This document shows, piece by piece, positions 6,674 to 16,975 of a stretch of DNA of 64,000 bases. Position 1 is the stretch's first letter; each line of letters begins with the position of its first letter. This DNA comes from a virus. The notes beneath the pieces were generated by a model. The model did not search any database and was not told the origin of the DNA. It saw only the letters and a program-made list of their open reading frames with translations. The stretch covers positions 1 to 64,000 of the IMG/VR virus record IMGVR_UViG_3300031952_000008. The stretch is one strand, 5' to 3'. The position numbers and the translations under genes are program-made.

Positions 6674-7786
6674 ATGCACAACGACACCTTGAAGTTTTTT
6701 AAGGGTATAATCTTGGATGGAGTTTTGACTCCTGAACATCTTTTTGATAAGAAGAAAAGTGTTAAAATTTTAGCAGATAAGTATTATGGATACTTTCTTC
6801 ATAAGAATAAGGAAACATATTTCCTTTGTAGTGAAGGAGTCGAAGACTTACCAATTAAAGTTACCAAAAGTAAAGAATATGATTTTAAAGGTGAAGTTTT
6901 CTCTATGGTATTAGATTATAAATCTGTTAAAATTCCTAATGTTAAAAAGATGGAGTTTAGGGATTTAATAGATAACCTTAGTAATTTTGAACATACTAAT
7001 CCTTTACATTTTAAACTATATAAGATAATAACAGTAACCGCTTTTTGTAACCGAATTAATTACCGAGTTATTGCACCAGCAGGTTTCGGAAAAGATTGTA
7101 CAATTAATAACCTTATAGATTTAGGCTCTACAATAGTAAATATTTACGGGGCCACATTTGCTAAGTTAGAATATAACCTTAAACATCCTTTCCTATTCTT
7201 TAATGAGATGGGTAACTTAAAGGCTGATGATAAGACCAATATGCAACAATTCTTACTGGCTACAGGAGCTTATTTTAATAGTTACAGTAAAAAAAGTAGA
7301 AAAGGAGAAGATACTCTTGAAGTTTATGATATTAGTAAGACAAGTCTTGGTATTGCTTATAACCCTCCTAATTATTATATTGAAAGAGGTCAGGAATTCT
7401 TTGATAAGATGTTCCAACCTGCTGTATTGAATAGGTTTATTCCTTTCAGTTTTAGTGGAGTTATTAGAGTACCTACTACCATAGAAGATAATACTTATGA
7501 AGAGGCTAAGAAGAACTTGCCATTTTATAAAGATTTCGTTTCCACTATTAATTATTATAAAGATAATGAAATAAGTAATAAATACGGACTTGATGATAGT
7601 GTTGTTTTTAATAAATATGAAGACAGATATAAGCGAACTTTTGAAACATTATGTAAATATATTAGTGAATATAGTAAAGATGAAAAAGAGTATTATGAGC
7701 TTGTATTTGAGTTATATAATTGTTTTATTAGATATAAAAATGAGATTAGAAAAACTATGGGAGACATAGTTATTGAAGAGGTGTAA
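6674..7786 (+). CDS. divergent MCM-like AAA+ helicase
   Basis: Walker A APAGFGKD, Walker B FFNEM, AYNP (MCM AANP-like), AVLNRF (MCM LLSRF arginine-finger-like). Confidence 0.6.
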   Translation: MHNDTLKFFKGIILDGVLTPEHLFDKKKSVKILADKYYGYFLHKNKETYFLCSEGVEDLPIKVTKSKEYDFKGEVFSMVLDYKSVKIPNVKKMEFRDLIDNLSNFEHTNPLHFKLYKIITVTAFCNRINYRVIAPAGFGKDCTINNLIDLGSTIVNIYGATFAKLEYNLKHPFLFFNEMGNLKADDKTNMQQFLLATGAYFNSYSKKSRKGEDTLEVYDISKTSLGIAYNPPNYYIERGQEFFDKMFQPAVLNRFIPFSFSGVIRVPTTIEDNTYEEAKKNLPFYKDFVSTINYYKDNEISNKYGLDDSVVFNKYEDRYKRTFETLCKYISEYSKDEKEYYELVFELYNCFIRYKNEIRKTMGDIVIEEV

Positions 7787-7788
7787 AG

Positions 7789-9033
7789 ATGAGTAATGGA
7801 GAATATTTGAATTTAAAAGAAACAATGGATTTAATGGAAAAACCATTAACAGTTAGAACGCCACAAAAGGAAATAATTGATAGAGGTTATCTTTTTGAAG
7901 ACTGTCCAGCACAAGAGGTTTATAATATAGTAGATGCTGTGGATAAACTTAGGGATGATATTAGAACTAGATATAAAATCGGAGAAGATTTTAGTGAAGT
8001 TATTTATTGTGATGAAAAGGGTGCCATGGTAGATTTTGCCGAAAGACACAAAATAGACCCTAAACTTAAGAATATTATTGTAGAACTAAATTCTTATAAT
8101 GATGAGGATGAACAAGAAAGCATTAATTCATTTTTTTATGATGGCGATGATTATAAACTAATTTGTAACTATACTGCCTTTGGAAGAATATTTTATGGTT
8201 TCGCCTTTTGTAAAGATAAAAAGAAATTTATGGATGAGTTTATACCAGATACGGAAGAGGTTTCTTTCAAACCAGGGGTTTATACTGTAACAAAAGGTAT
8301 GTTTGGTTATACACTTTCTAAACTAAAAATCAGCGAATCTGAGAAACCTATATTAAATGCTGATTCAGAAGATGATATAATTAGGGATGTTGAGAACTTT
8401 TTTGATAACAAGGAATTCTATACAAAAAATAAGTTTCCTTATAAGAGAGGAATACTTATGTATGGTAGTCCAGGTACGGGGAAATCCATGCTCCTTAGAC
8501 ACTTATTTACTAGGTTTAAAAGTAAAGTTTATGGTATAATTATAGAATGTACTAAAGGTCTTGATTTGGACGTTATTAAATACTTAGATAATGTACTTAA
8601 AGATAAACCTAGAATATTAATACTGGAAGATATAGATGGTATAGAGAGTTATAATAGAAGTGTTTTATTAAATTTCCTTGATGGAATTGAAAATTTGGAA
8701 AATACTTTAATTGTGGCCACTACTAACTTTCCTAATAGATTAGATATAGGTTTAGTAGATAGACCTAGTAGGTTTGATAGGTTCTATGAAGTTGAAGTTC
8801 CTAATGATGAATCCAGAGTTAAACTATTACATCTTTACTTTCCTGATTTAAAAGGAGAGGAATTGGATGAGGCAGTTAAGGATACTAAAGGTTTTAGTGG
8901 TGCTTATTTTAAAGAATTGTTTATTATGAAAAGTATCCAAAAATCAACTATTAAAGAAGCTATTGATAATATCAAAAAACATACCACTTTTTTAAAGAAT
9001 AAGAATAAAGATGATGAAAATATATGCGGGTGA
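7789..9033 (+). CDS. classical AAA ATPase
   Basis: KRGILMYGSPGTGKS, LILEDID, ATTN, DRPSRFDR. Confidence 0.9.
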   Translation: MSNGEYLNLKETMDLMEKPLTVRTPQKEIIDRGYLFEDCPAQEVYNIVDAVDKLRDDIRTRYKIGEDFSEVIYCDEKGAMVDFAERHKIDPKLKNIIVELNSYNDEDEQESINSFFYDGDDYKLICNYTAFGRIFYGFAFCKDKKKFMDEFIPDTEEVSFKPGVYTVTKGMFGYTLSKLKISESEKPILNADSEDDIIRDVENFFDNKEFYTKNKFPYKRGILMYGSPGTGKSMLLRHLFTRFKSKVYGIIIECTKGLDLDVIKYLDNVLKDKPRILILEDIDGIESYNRSVLLNFLDGIENLENTLIVATTNFPNRLDIGLVDRPSRFDRFYEVEVPNDESRVKLLHLYFPDLKGEELDEAVKDTKGFSGAYFKELFIMKSIQKSTIKEAIDNIKKHTTFLKNKNKDDENICG

Positions 9034-9037
9034 TTAG

Positions 9038-9976
9038 ATGGTCGAATTAACTGATATGGATGGAATTGGTAAAGTTGGAATTCAAAAATTAAAAGATGCA
9101 GGAATTTTTGACGTTATCGGTCTAGCTGTTAAGTCTCCGGCTGACTTAGTTGAAATAATTGGTGGCTCAGAAGCTACTAATAGGAAACTAATTCAAAAGG
9201 CTAGAGAAATGCTAAGTTTTAGTTTTGAAACTGGAAAGGATATAGATAAGCGTAGGACTGAAATGATTAAGATAGCTACTGGTTGCAAACCTATTGATGA
9301 TATGATGGGGAATGGTTTTGAAACTGGTAGTATAACTGAGATTTTTGGCGATTTCGGAAGCGGAAAAACGCAGTTAGCTCATTTCCTTTGTTGTAAAGTT
9401 CAACAACAAATACCTGGTTGTTTAGTTTATTACTTAGATACAGAAACTACTTTCCGACCTGAAAGGATTAGAGATTTTTGTGAGGGGTTAGAGTTAGACC
9501 CTGAGAAAGTTCTTAAAAATATAATATACGCCAAGGCATTTAACTTCGAACATCAAATACTATTAGTGGAAGAAATAGAGAAACAGATAGCTAAGGATAA
9601 GTTAAATGTTAAATTAATAGTAGTGGATAGTTTAACTGCTCACGCAAGGTCGGAAATGACGGGTAGAGGAACCTTAGCTGAGAGGCAACAATTACTTAAT
9701 AAACATATGCATAAATTAAGTAAAATAGGAGATATTTATAATTGTTGTATTTTTGTAACCAATCAAGTAATGAGTAATCCCGGAACTTCTTTTGGTAACC
9801 CAATACAACCAATAGGGGGAAATATAGTTGGACACAATTCTTGTAGTAGAATATATATCCGAAAAGGTAAGGCAGATTCTAGAGTTATGAAATTAGTTGA
9901 TTCGCCACATTTACCTATATCGGATGTTAATTTTAATATAACAAAAACAGGTCTTGAAGAAGTTGAAGAAAAATAA
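9038..9976 (+). CDS. radA: archaeal-type DNA recombinase RadA
   Basis: N-terminal HhH, GDFGSGKTQL, YLDTETTFRPERI, VDSL, GRGTLAERQQ, TNQV, PIGGNIVGH. Confidence 0.95.
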   Translation: MVELTDMDGIGKVGIQKLKDAGIFDVIGLAVKSPADLVEIIGGSEATNRKLIQKAREMLSFSFETGKDIDKRRTEMIKIATGCKPIDDMMGNGFETGSITEIFGDFGSGKTQLAHFLCCKVQQQIPGCLVYYLDTETTFRPERIRDFCEGLELDPEKVLKNIIYAKAFNFEHQILLVEEIEKQIAKDKLNVKLIVVDSLTAHARSEMTGRGTLAERQQLLNKHMHKLSKIGDIYNCCIFVTNQVMSNPGTSFGNPIQPIGGNIVGHNSCSRIYIRKGKADSRVMKLVDSPHLPISDVNFNITKTGLEEVEEK

Positions 9977-10262
9977 AAAAGATTTGGTAGAAGAAATCAT
10001 AGATAATATACTTAGACTTAAACAGGTTAATAAATATGATGATATAGAACGTATTTGTATTCATCCTAACCTTTTTAAAAATCTTATAACTAACTTTTAT
10101 TACCAAAAAAGTTTTTATAAGCGTGATATTACTACAATAGATACCTTTTTGGGTATAAAAATTCAAATAGTTAGTTATATGAGCCATGAAGGGTATTGTT
10201 TTGTTTTTAAAGATAATGAAAAGAATTCAAAAAACCTAATGGATTTGGAGTATGAAAAATGA
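9954..10262 (+). CDS. hypothetical protein
   Basis: ORF track; start uncertain. Confidence 0.5.
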   Translation: MKKLKKNKKDLVEEIIDNILRLKQVNKYDDIERICIHPNLFKNLITNFYYQKSFYKRDITTIDTFLGIKIQIVSYMSHEGYCFVFKDNEKNSKNLMDLEYEK

Positions 10263-10350
10263 ATCCGGCAATTATTAAAGGAGTAGTTTATCTTGGTTTA
10301 ATTACTCTAGCATTTTTAAGTTATGTTGAACTTAGAGAGGGATTTAAAAA

Positions 10351-10539
10351 ATGATATTTGAATTAATAACTTGGTTTTGTTTGGCAATATTAGCATTATT
10401 TGTTTTAGTAATAATTATAATACCAATGGCTACATTTATACTTTTAATTGGCATAGGAATTGTTGTAATATTAGCAATTTTTGTAGCTATTCCGTGTATG
10501 ATTGTAGAAACAATAGTTGAAATATTTAGAAAAAGGTGA
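10351..10539 (+). CDS. small hydrophobic membrane protein
   Basis: Almost entirely hydrophobic 62 aa. Confidence 0.6.
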   Translation: MIFELITWFCLAILALFVLVIIIIPMATFILLIGIGIVVILAIFVAIPCMIVETIVEIFRKR

Positions 10540-10543
10540 TATT

Positions 10544-10855
10544 ATGAAAATTAATATAAGTGCTAAAGAAGTTATTATAATCATAATGGGTTTGTTACTT
10601 GTAGGTTCTGGAGTGGCGAACTTTAAAGTTTATGATTATGGAATGGATAAAGGAACTGAGAAAGGTATTTTATTAGGAGCCCAAAGTGCTACTTTAAAAA
10701 CACAGGACGATTGTGCCAGAACAATACTTTTCCTACATAATGTAACTCAGGATAATTATATTAAGTATATAATTGACCAGAATGCTACGGAACAGATTTG
10801 GTTAACAACAAAAACCTTACAGAATAATACGGAGAGTGATTTAAATGGAAATTAA
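10544..10855 (+). CDS. membrane-anchored hypothetical protein
   Basis: AGGTGA SD; N-terminal TM; several NxT sequons. Confidence 0.6.
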   Translation: MKINISAKEVIIIIMGLLLVGSGVANFKVYDYGMDKGTEKGILLGAQSATLKTQDDCARTILFLHNVTQDNYIKYIIDQNATEQIWLTTKTLQNNTESDLNGN

Positions 10856-11462
10856 AGTATCAGATAAGTTTGCCAAAAAACTTCTAAAAACAATGTTTGA
10901 ACCAGTTGACCAATCCAGTTGGTATAAGACTACAGTTAATTGGATTACCGACAGTAAATATCGCAATTACACCAGACTAGATTCTTTCTTACAGGAACAG
11001 ATAGATAATCCAAATACCGAATTATTAGAAGAAGCACAAAGATATATTGGAATGGAATATGATGATATTATAGTAGCTATCCTTAAAGATGTTAAAGCAA
11101 GAGTAAAATATAGAACCGATAACTCTAATTATGGTATGGCTGAATATTGGGCACAAGCTTCTAAAACATTAGGAAAAGGTTATGGTGACTGTGATGATAT
11201 GAACTCATTAGTTTATGTATTAGCAAGATTGGCTGGAGTTCCTAGTTTTATGCTATATTGTGCAATCGGGGATACAAATCTTGGAGGACACTTTTGGTGT
11301 ATTTATTTTAGTCCAACCACTGGGTTGATGTATTCAATAGATACTACTTTCTATCCGGATGTTAATCCTTTATCAATTAGAAGACCTTTTGTAATCAATG
11401 ATAATGGTTATCAAAGTATTTGGTATCTTTTTAATGACAAAAGTGTGTGGTGTGGTAAATAA
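10845..11462 (+). CDS. transglutaminase-like cysteine protease (BTLCP/LapG-like)
   Basis: EYWAQASKTLGKGYGDCDD, GGHFW, SID: Cys-His-Asp triad. Confidence 0.8.
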   Translation: MEIKVSDKFAKKLLKTMFEPVDQSSWYKTTVNWITDSKYRNYTRLDSFLQEQIDNPNTELLEEAQRYIGMEYDDIIVAILKDVKARVKYRTDNSNYGMAEYWAQASKTLGKGYGDCDDMNSLVYVLARLAGVPSFMLYCAIGDTNLGGHFWCIYFSPTTGLMYSIDTTFYPDVNPLSIRRPFVINDNGYQSIWYLFNDKSVWCGK

Positions 11463-13775
11463 ATGTATCTAGTTGAAACCATTAATAAGTTTGGAATTAG
11501 TCAGTTAGTAGTGTTTAGTAGAGAGAATGGGGTTAAAAAAAAGGAATTAATTACAAGTTTTCGACCTTACTTTTTTGTAGAAGAAGATTGTATATTAGAA
11601 GATGATGCCGTGGTACGGGTAGAGAAAGGATTTGTAACTATTGATGATTTTAAAGTTAAAAAAGTATCTGTTAAAAGTACTAAAGATATGGTTAGATTAA
11701 GAGAGAATAGAAAGACTTGGATGAGCGATTTCAAGTTTGCTAATAGATATGTAGTAGATACTTATAAAGATATACCAGAAGAAGATTTAAAAGTAGGTTA
11801 TTTCGATATAGAAACTGATAGCGAAAATGTAATGCCTGATATAGTAAAGGCCGACCAAGCAATTACTTGTATGAGTATAGAAATATTAGGAACTCCAACT
11901 ACCTTTGTTTGGAGAGAAGATTTAAAGAAAGAAATTATAGGTGATATTAGATATTTTGATAATGAAGTTGAAATGTTAAAGGATTTTATAAAATTTATGA
12001 AAGAAGAAGATATAGATATACTATCAGGTTATTATATTAAAGGATTTGACTTACCTTATTTAATAAATAGGTGCACTAGACTGGATATCAATTATTCGGA
12101 TTTATCTCCTTTAAAAAATATTTATATAAGAGAAAATGATATAGATATTAAAGGATTAGTTATTTTAGATATACTAGAATTACTTAAGCATCCATTTATA
12201 AAGGATAGTGAAATGCCTAGTTATAGTTTGGATGATGTTGCTAAAGAAGTTTTAGGCGAACAAAAAATTAAACATACTCTTAGTTATAGACAGATGTGGC
12301 TTAAAGATTTACCTCAACTAATCAAATATAACATTAAAGATACTGAATTAGTTAGAAAAATTGATGAAAAGAAACATATTATCGAGTTCGTAGATATAGT
12401 AAGAAGAATTACAAAGTGCCAATTTGATAATTTTAAACCTTACCATGCTAAAGATGTTGATAAAGTATTTTATGGTACCTCCAATATTTTAGATTGTTAT
12501 ATGATGAGTACATTTCCTGGAATTATATTACCTAATAAAAGAAAGGAACCAGGCGTACCATTTGAAGGTGCGTTTATAATCGAACCAATACCAGGTTTGT
12601 ATGAGTATCTTATTTGTCTTGACCTAGAAGGACTATATACATCTATTATTAAAACTTTTAATATAAGTTATGAAACACTTGACCCTAATGGAGAGATTGA
12701 TGTTGGTGAAGGTATAAAATTTAAAAGAGAAAAGGGTTTCATTCCTAAATTGTTAGAGAAACAAAAGGTAGAAAGAGATTATTTTAAAAAACTAATGAAA
12801 GAATCTAAGACCGATGATGAAAGGGCTATGAATGACCAAAGACAGAAAGCCATAAAAATTTTGGGAAATGCGTTTTTTGGAATTCTTGGAAACAGAACTT
12901 CCAGACTTTATAAGACAGAACTTGCCTCTTCAGTTACTAGAATTGGTAGAGATATTATTAATCATACTATTAATACTGTTAAAGGAATGGGTTATAATGT
13001 TGTTTATGCCGATACCGATTCTAATTTTATAGAAGCTAAAAGCAAGACTAAAATAGGTGTTTTAAAAGAAGGAACTATGATAAGAAATGTTATTAATAAA
13101 AGCTATGATGAGTTTGTTAAAAGATTTAATGTAGAAAAGCATTACTTAAATATTCAATTTGAGAAAGCCATTGAACGAATGATTATGTTATATAAAAAGG
13201 GCGGAGACACAGGAGCTAAAAAAAGATATGCTTATAAGTTATTATGGTCAGAAAAATATTTTGACCCTAATAAACTTCATATGGTAGGAGTTGATGCCAT
13301 TAGGTCGGACCAAAATTTTATATCTAAAAATTTACAAACCACCGTTTTAGAAATGGTATTAGATGGTAAACCAGAATTGGAAGTTAAAGATTATTTAAGA
13401 AGTATAGAAAAAAGGATAAGAAATAAAGAATATATACTCGAACAAATAGGTTTTCCTGTTCAAATAACTAAAGAACTTAAAGAATATGATTCTAAAGGAC
13501 CCGTAGTAGTTGGAGCGTTATATAGCAATGAAATTTTAAAAACCAACTTCGGTAAAGGTAACAAACCTAAATGGTTACCTATTAAAGCAGTTATTGGCTA
13601 TCCAGATACTAAATATCTTACTTTTGAAACTGAAGTTCCTATAGGATTTAAGATTGATTATGATGAAGTAGTTAGAAAAACTATTAAAAGCAAGGTAGAA
13701 TCTATTTTTAAAACGGTTAATTGGGATTGGGAAGATTTATGTGTCGGTAATTCAAGTATTAAGAGGTGGTTGTAA
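11463..13775 (+). CDS. polB: family B DNA polymerase
   Basis: Exo motifs FDIET, GFDLPYL, YNIKD; pol motifs DLEGLY, KILGNAFFG, YADTDS, KKRY. Confidence 0.97.
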   Translation: MYLVETINKFGISQLVVFSRENGVKKKELITSFRPYFFVEEDCILEDDAVVRVEKGFVTIDDFKVKKVSVKSTKDMVRLRENRKTWMSDFKFANRYVVDTYKDIPEEDLKVGYFDIETDSENVMPDIVKADQAITCMSIEILGTPTTFVWREDLKKEIIGDIRYFDNEVEMLKDFIKFMKEEDIDILSGYYIKGFDLPYLINRCTRLDINYSDLSPLKNIYIRENDIDIKGLVILDILELLKHPFIKDSEMPSYSLDDVAKEVLGEQKIKHTLSYRQMWLKDLPQLIKYNIKDTELVRKIDEKKHIIEFVDIVRRITKCQFDNFKPYHAKDVDKVFYGTSNILDCYMMSTFPGIILPNKRKEPGVPFEGAFIIEPIPGLYEYLICLDLEGLYTSIIKTFNISYETLDPNGEIDVGEGIKFKREKGFIPKLLEKQKVERDYFKKLMKESKTDDERAMNDQRQKAIKILGNAFFGILGNRTSRLYKTELASSVTRIGRDIINHTINTVKGMGYNVVYADTDSNFIEAKSKTKIGVLKEGTMIRNVINKSYDEFVKRFNVEKHYLNIQFEKAIERMIMLYKKGGDTGAKKRYAYKLLWSEKYFDPNKLHMVGVDAIRSDQNFISKNLQTTVLEMVLDGKPELEVKDYLRSIEKRIRNKEYILEQIGFPVQITKELKEYDSKGPVVVGALYSNEILKTNFGKGNKPKWLPIKAVIGYPDTKYLTFETEVPIGFKIDYDEVVRKTIKSKVESIFKTVNWDWEDLCVGNSSIKRWL

Positions 13776-14653
13776 TGTATCAATCTATACGAAACGAAAA
13801 TGGAAGTTATATCTATGTATTTGATTTAAATAATATTATAGATGGATATGCAAATCCTTTAGATACTCTTAAAAAAATGATGGTTTGTATAGAAATAATA
13901 GAAGAAATGCACCCTAATACTTTTAGATATAGATTTAATGGAACATCAATAGAAGTATTATCATTAATACCTTCTCATAAACCTGAACTAACTAGTTTAT
14001 TTGGAAGATATGGAGGGGCATTAAAATTTTATTTAGTCCTTACTAATTATTTAGTATGTCTTTTAAATAGTAATCTTAGACTTAATAAATCTCCACCAAC
14101 CCATATTCCAGAAACACTAATTTCAACTGGAGGGTCAGTTAGAAAAGATGGTTATAGAGCAACTTTTATAGAAACTACTTTTACAGAATTAGATATAATT
14201 AGGGTATCTAAAGCTCCTTATAATAGACCTTTAATTGAATTAGATATGAAGTATTGGATTAAACAAATTAATCCAGATTGTTTAGATTATCGGAAAAAGC
14301 CAGTTATTGAAAACCCTAAAGAACCTAATTTTAATAACTATCCTCCTTGTATTCTTTATATTATGAAACTTAAAGATAAACCAAGAAGGATAAGATATTT
14401 ATTAATGAAGTATCTACTTTTTATTCATAAACGAGAAGATGCTAAAATGGTATTACAATGTTGTCTTAATGAAGATGAAAGAAGGAATTTAGACTTTGGT
14501 GGGTTGGACGAACAATGGACTAATGCTGTTAATTGTATGGATTATAATATGGAACCTACTTGTGAACAATTAAAGAAATTAGGTGTTTGTCCTGGCTGTA
14601 AAAAGATTAGTCCTTTTGAGGATACTATTGTAGAACAAAACATATATAGTTGA
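13775..14653 (+). CDS. primase-related protein with C-terminal PriL Fe-S domain
   Basis: YPPCI..PTCEQLKKLGVCPGC..SP four-Cys pattern; N-terminus possibly a degenerate AEP (VFDLN..FNGTSIE). Confidence 0.7.
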   Translation: MYQSIRNENGSYIYVFDLNNIIDGYANPLDTLKKMMVCIEIIEEMHPNTFRYRFNGTSIEVLSLIPSHKPELTSLFGRYGGALKFYLVLTNYLVCLLNSNLRLNKSPPTHIPETLISTGGSVRKDGYRATFIETTFTELDIIRVSKAPYNRPLIELDMKYWIKQINPDCLDYRKKPVIENPKEPNFNNYPPCILYIMKLKDKPRRIRYLLMKYLLFIHKREDAKMVLQCCLNEDERRNLDFGGLDEQWTNAVNCMDYNMEPTCEQLKKLGVCPGCKKISPFEDTIVEQNIYS

Positions 14654-14662
14654 GGTGTTAAA

Positions 14663-15271
14663 ATGAAAATATTATGTTTCGGCGCCCACCCTGATGATTT
14701 GGAGATTGGTATGGGAGGAACGATAAGTAAACTTATTAAACAAGGGCACGAGGTTCATATGTTTATATCTAGAGAATGTGAAGAAATTAGATTAGAAGAA
14801 CAGATGGAAAGTAAAGAAATACTAAAACCTTTTAGATTATATACAAATAACGAAACACCATTTACTTTCTATGATGAAAAAAGAATGGAAGAAGTAGGAG
14901 TAGTAACTAGATTAATTAGAGAAATTAAACCAGATAGAGTTTATATGCCTTGCATTTATGATAGTAATCAACATCACGAGGCTTTAGGTAAGATTATTCT
15001 TACATCACTTAGGCTTTCGGATATTAGTTGTTATATGTATAGTATGACTACCGTGAAAGGTTATACTATTGAAAAGTTTATTCCTCAAGTTTATGAAGAT
15101 ATTACAAACGAATTTATAACAAAAATTGAGGCAATAGGTTGTCATAGGTCACAAATAAAAAAGTGGCCAGACTATTTTAAGTATATTAAGGACAAGGATG
15201 CTCATAATGGTTTCGAGGTTGGGGTCAAGTATGCCGAGACTTTTTATGTTGTTAGAGAGGTTAGAAAATAA
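14663..15271 (+). CDS. PIG-L/LmbE family N-deacetylase
   Basis: GAHPDDLEIGMGGT, HxSQ, YAETF. Confidence 0.9.
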   Translation: MKILCFGAHPDDLEIGMGGTISKLIKQGHEVHMFISRECEEIRLEEQMESKEILKPFRLYTNNETPFTFYDEKRMEEVGVVTRLIREIKPDRVYMPCIYDSNQHHEALGKIILTSLRLSDISCYMYSMTTVKGYTIEKFIPQVYEDITNEFITKIEAIGCHRSQIKKWPDYFKYIKDKDAHNGFEVGVKYAETFYVVREVRK

Positions 15272-16965
15272 TGGAAATTAACCAAATTATATGCGAAGAT
15301 TGTATTTCTGGAATGAAGAAAATGGAAAAAGATTCAGTTGCCATTAGTATAACCTCTCCTCCTTATCGTGCAGGGGTAGATATTAGTAGCGGTAAAAAAA
15401 GTAAGTATGATATTTATAAAGATGACTTATCCGATGACGAGTATTATAAACTAATTAAAGAAAGCCTTACTGAGGCTATTAGAGTATCTAAGTATTATGT
15501 ATTTATGAACTTCCAGATTCTTTCCGGAACCAAGAAGGTTTGGAACCAGATAATGTGGGATTTTAAAGACAATATAAAAGAATACTTTGTGTGGGCAAAA
15601 ACTTGTAGCCAACCAGCAATTTGTGACTGCGTAGTTAGTTCAGGGTTTGAATTTATTATTTGTTTTACTAAACCCGAAATGGCTACTAAAAGAAAGTTCG
15701 AGTATTGTTTTTGGGATAACAGAGAAAAAGGTGCTAGAGTAGTATCTAACACCCTTATTTATCCACCAAATTTTGGGAATAGAACAGAAAACTTGGCCTG
15801 TTTAACTCCAGATACAGAAATTCTTACAATAGAGGGTTGGAAAAATTATAAGGAACTAGATTGCGAAAAAGGAACAAAAATAGCAAGTTATAATATAGAA
15901 ACGGGAAAGATAGAATATGAAAGATTAAGTTATTTACATGAATTAGATTTTGAAGGAAATTTAGTACAGATTACTAATAAAAGATTAGATATATTAATGA
16001 CACCAGACCACAGAAGTGTAATTAAAAGAAAAGGTAAAGAAATGATTGTTTTGGCCGACCAAATATCTAAAAAGGATAAAATAAGAATCGCCGCAGATTT
16101 TGATTATACAGTAATGGGAAGTATAGGAGAATCGTTTGCGGAATTGGTAGGTTGGATAATATCGGAAGGACATTTTATTAAATCAGAATATAATGGTAAA
16201 CAATATTCTCCCAATACGATAGGTATTTTTCAGAATAGAGGTAAAAAAAGTAAAAGAATAGAAGATTTGATTAAAAAATTAGAAATACCTTATTCTAAAA
16301 GAAAACACGGAAAAGGTTATGATTTTTATCTTAAAAAATCACCATTAATCGAATGGGTTTTAAAGAATATACCTGATAAACAACTTAATAGATTTTTGGT
16401 TTCTCTTCCTAAAAACGAAATTAAAAGACTATTTGAAGGTTTAGTATTGGGAGATGGTCATATTAGAAAAGATGGTAGAATTTGTTTTTCGCAAAAAAAT
16501 AAAAAAACAACTGACTGGTTTCAAATATTAGCTTTGAGATTGGGTTATAGTGCTATCATTACTAAAAGAAAAAATATTAATGTTGTTTATTTAAACAATA
16601 AAGATTGGATAGGAATATTAACTAATAAAAATAAAAGTATAATTAAAAGTAAATTTTACAAAGGTAAGGTTTGGTGTCCCACGGTTAGAAAAAACTATAC
16701 TTTTGTAGCTAGAAGAAACGGAAAACCATTTATAACAGGAAATTGTTTCCCTACTTGGCTTCCGGAGTTTTTTATCAAGAATTTCACTAGGGAGGGAGAT
16801 ACGGTTTTAGATTTCTTTGCCGGGACTTGCACCACCGCTAAAGTAGCCAAGCGTATGGGTAGAAACTATTTAGGGTTTGAAATAAGCCAGGGTTATATTG
16901 ATAAAGCTAATAAAGAATTAAGCGATATAATGGCTAAAGGAGAAGGTTTAGATAAATATATGTGA
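15271..16965 (+). CDS. beta-class amino (N4C/N6A) DNA methyltransferase containing an intein
   Basis: TSPPY precedes LDFFAGT; interrupted by an intein. Confidence 0.9.
   Translation: MEINQIICEDCISGMKKMEKDSVAISITSPPYRAGVDISSGKKSKYDIYKDDLSDDEYYKLIKESLTEAIRVSKYYVFMNFQILSGTKKVWNQIMWDFKDNIKEYFVWAKTCSQPAICDCVVSSGFEFIICFTKPEMATKRKFEYCFWDNREKGARVVSNTLIYPPNFGNRTENLACLTPDTEILTIEGWKNYKELDCEKGTKIASYNIETGKIEYERLSYLHELDFEGNLVQITNKRLDILMTPDHRSVIKRKGKEMIVLADQISKKDKIRIAADFDYTVMGSIGESFAELVGWIISEGHFIKSEYNGKQYSPNTIGIFQNRGKKSKRIEDLIKKLEIPYSKRKHGKGYDFYLKKSPLIEWVLKNIPDKQLNRFLVSLPKNEIKRLFEGLVLGDGHIRKDGRICFSQKNKKTTDWFQILALRLGYSAIITKRKNINVVYLNNKDWIGILTNKNKSIIKSKFYKGKVWCPTVRKNYTFVARRNGKPFITGNCFPTWLPEFFIKNFTREGDTVLDFFAGTCTTAKVAKRMGRNYLGFEISQGYIDKANKELSDIMAKGEGLDKYM
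15799..16743 (+). mobile_element. 315-aa intein with LAGLIDADG homing endonuclease
   Basis: Starts CLTPDTEILT; block B TPDH; LVGWIISEG and GLVLGDG; ends FITGN followed by Cys +1. Confidence 0.92.
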
Positions 16966-16975
16966 GGTAGAGAAC

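Noticed and set aside
3051-10253. Exact 15-nt repeat ATGGATTTGGAGTAT (MDLEY) ending two unrelated ORFs (3051 and 10239)
   Set aside because: Only two copies and partly explained by an SD-like GGAG; insufficient to call an element.
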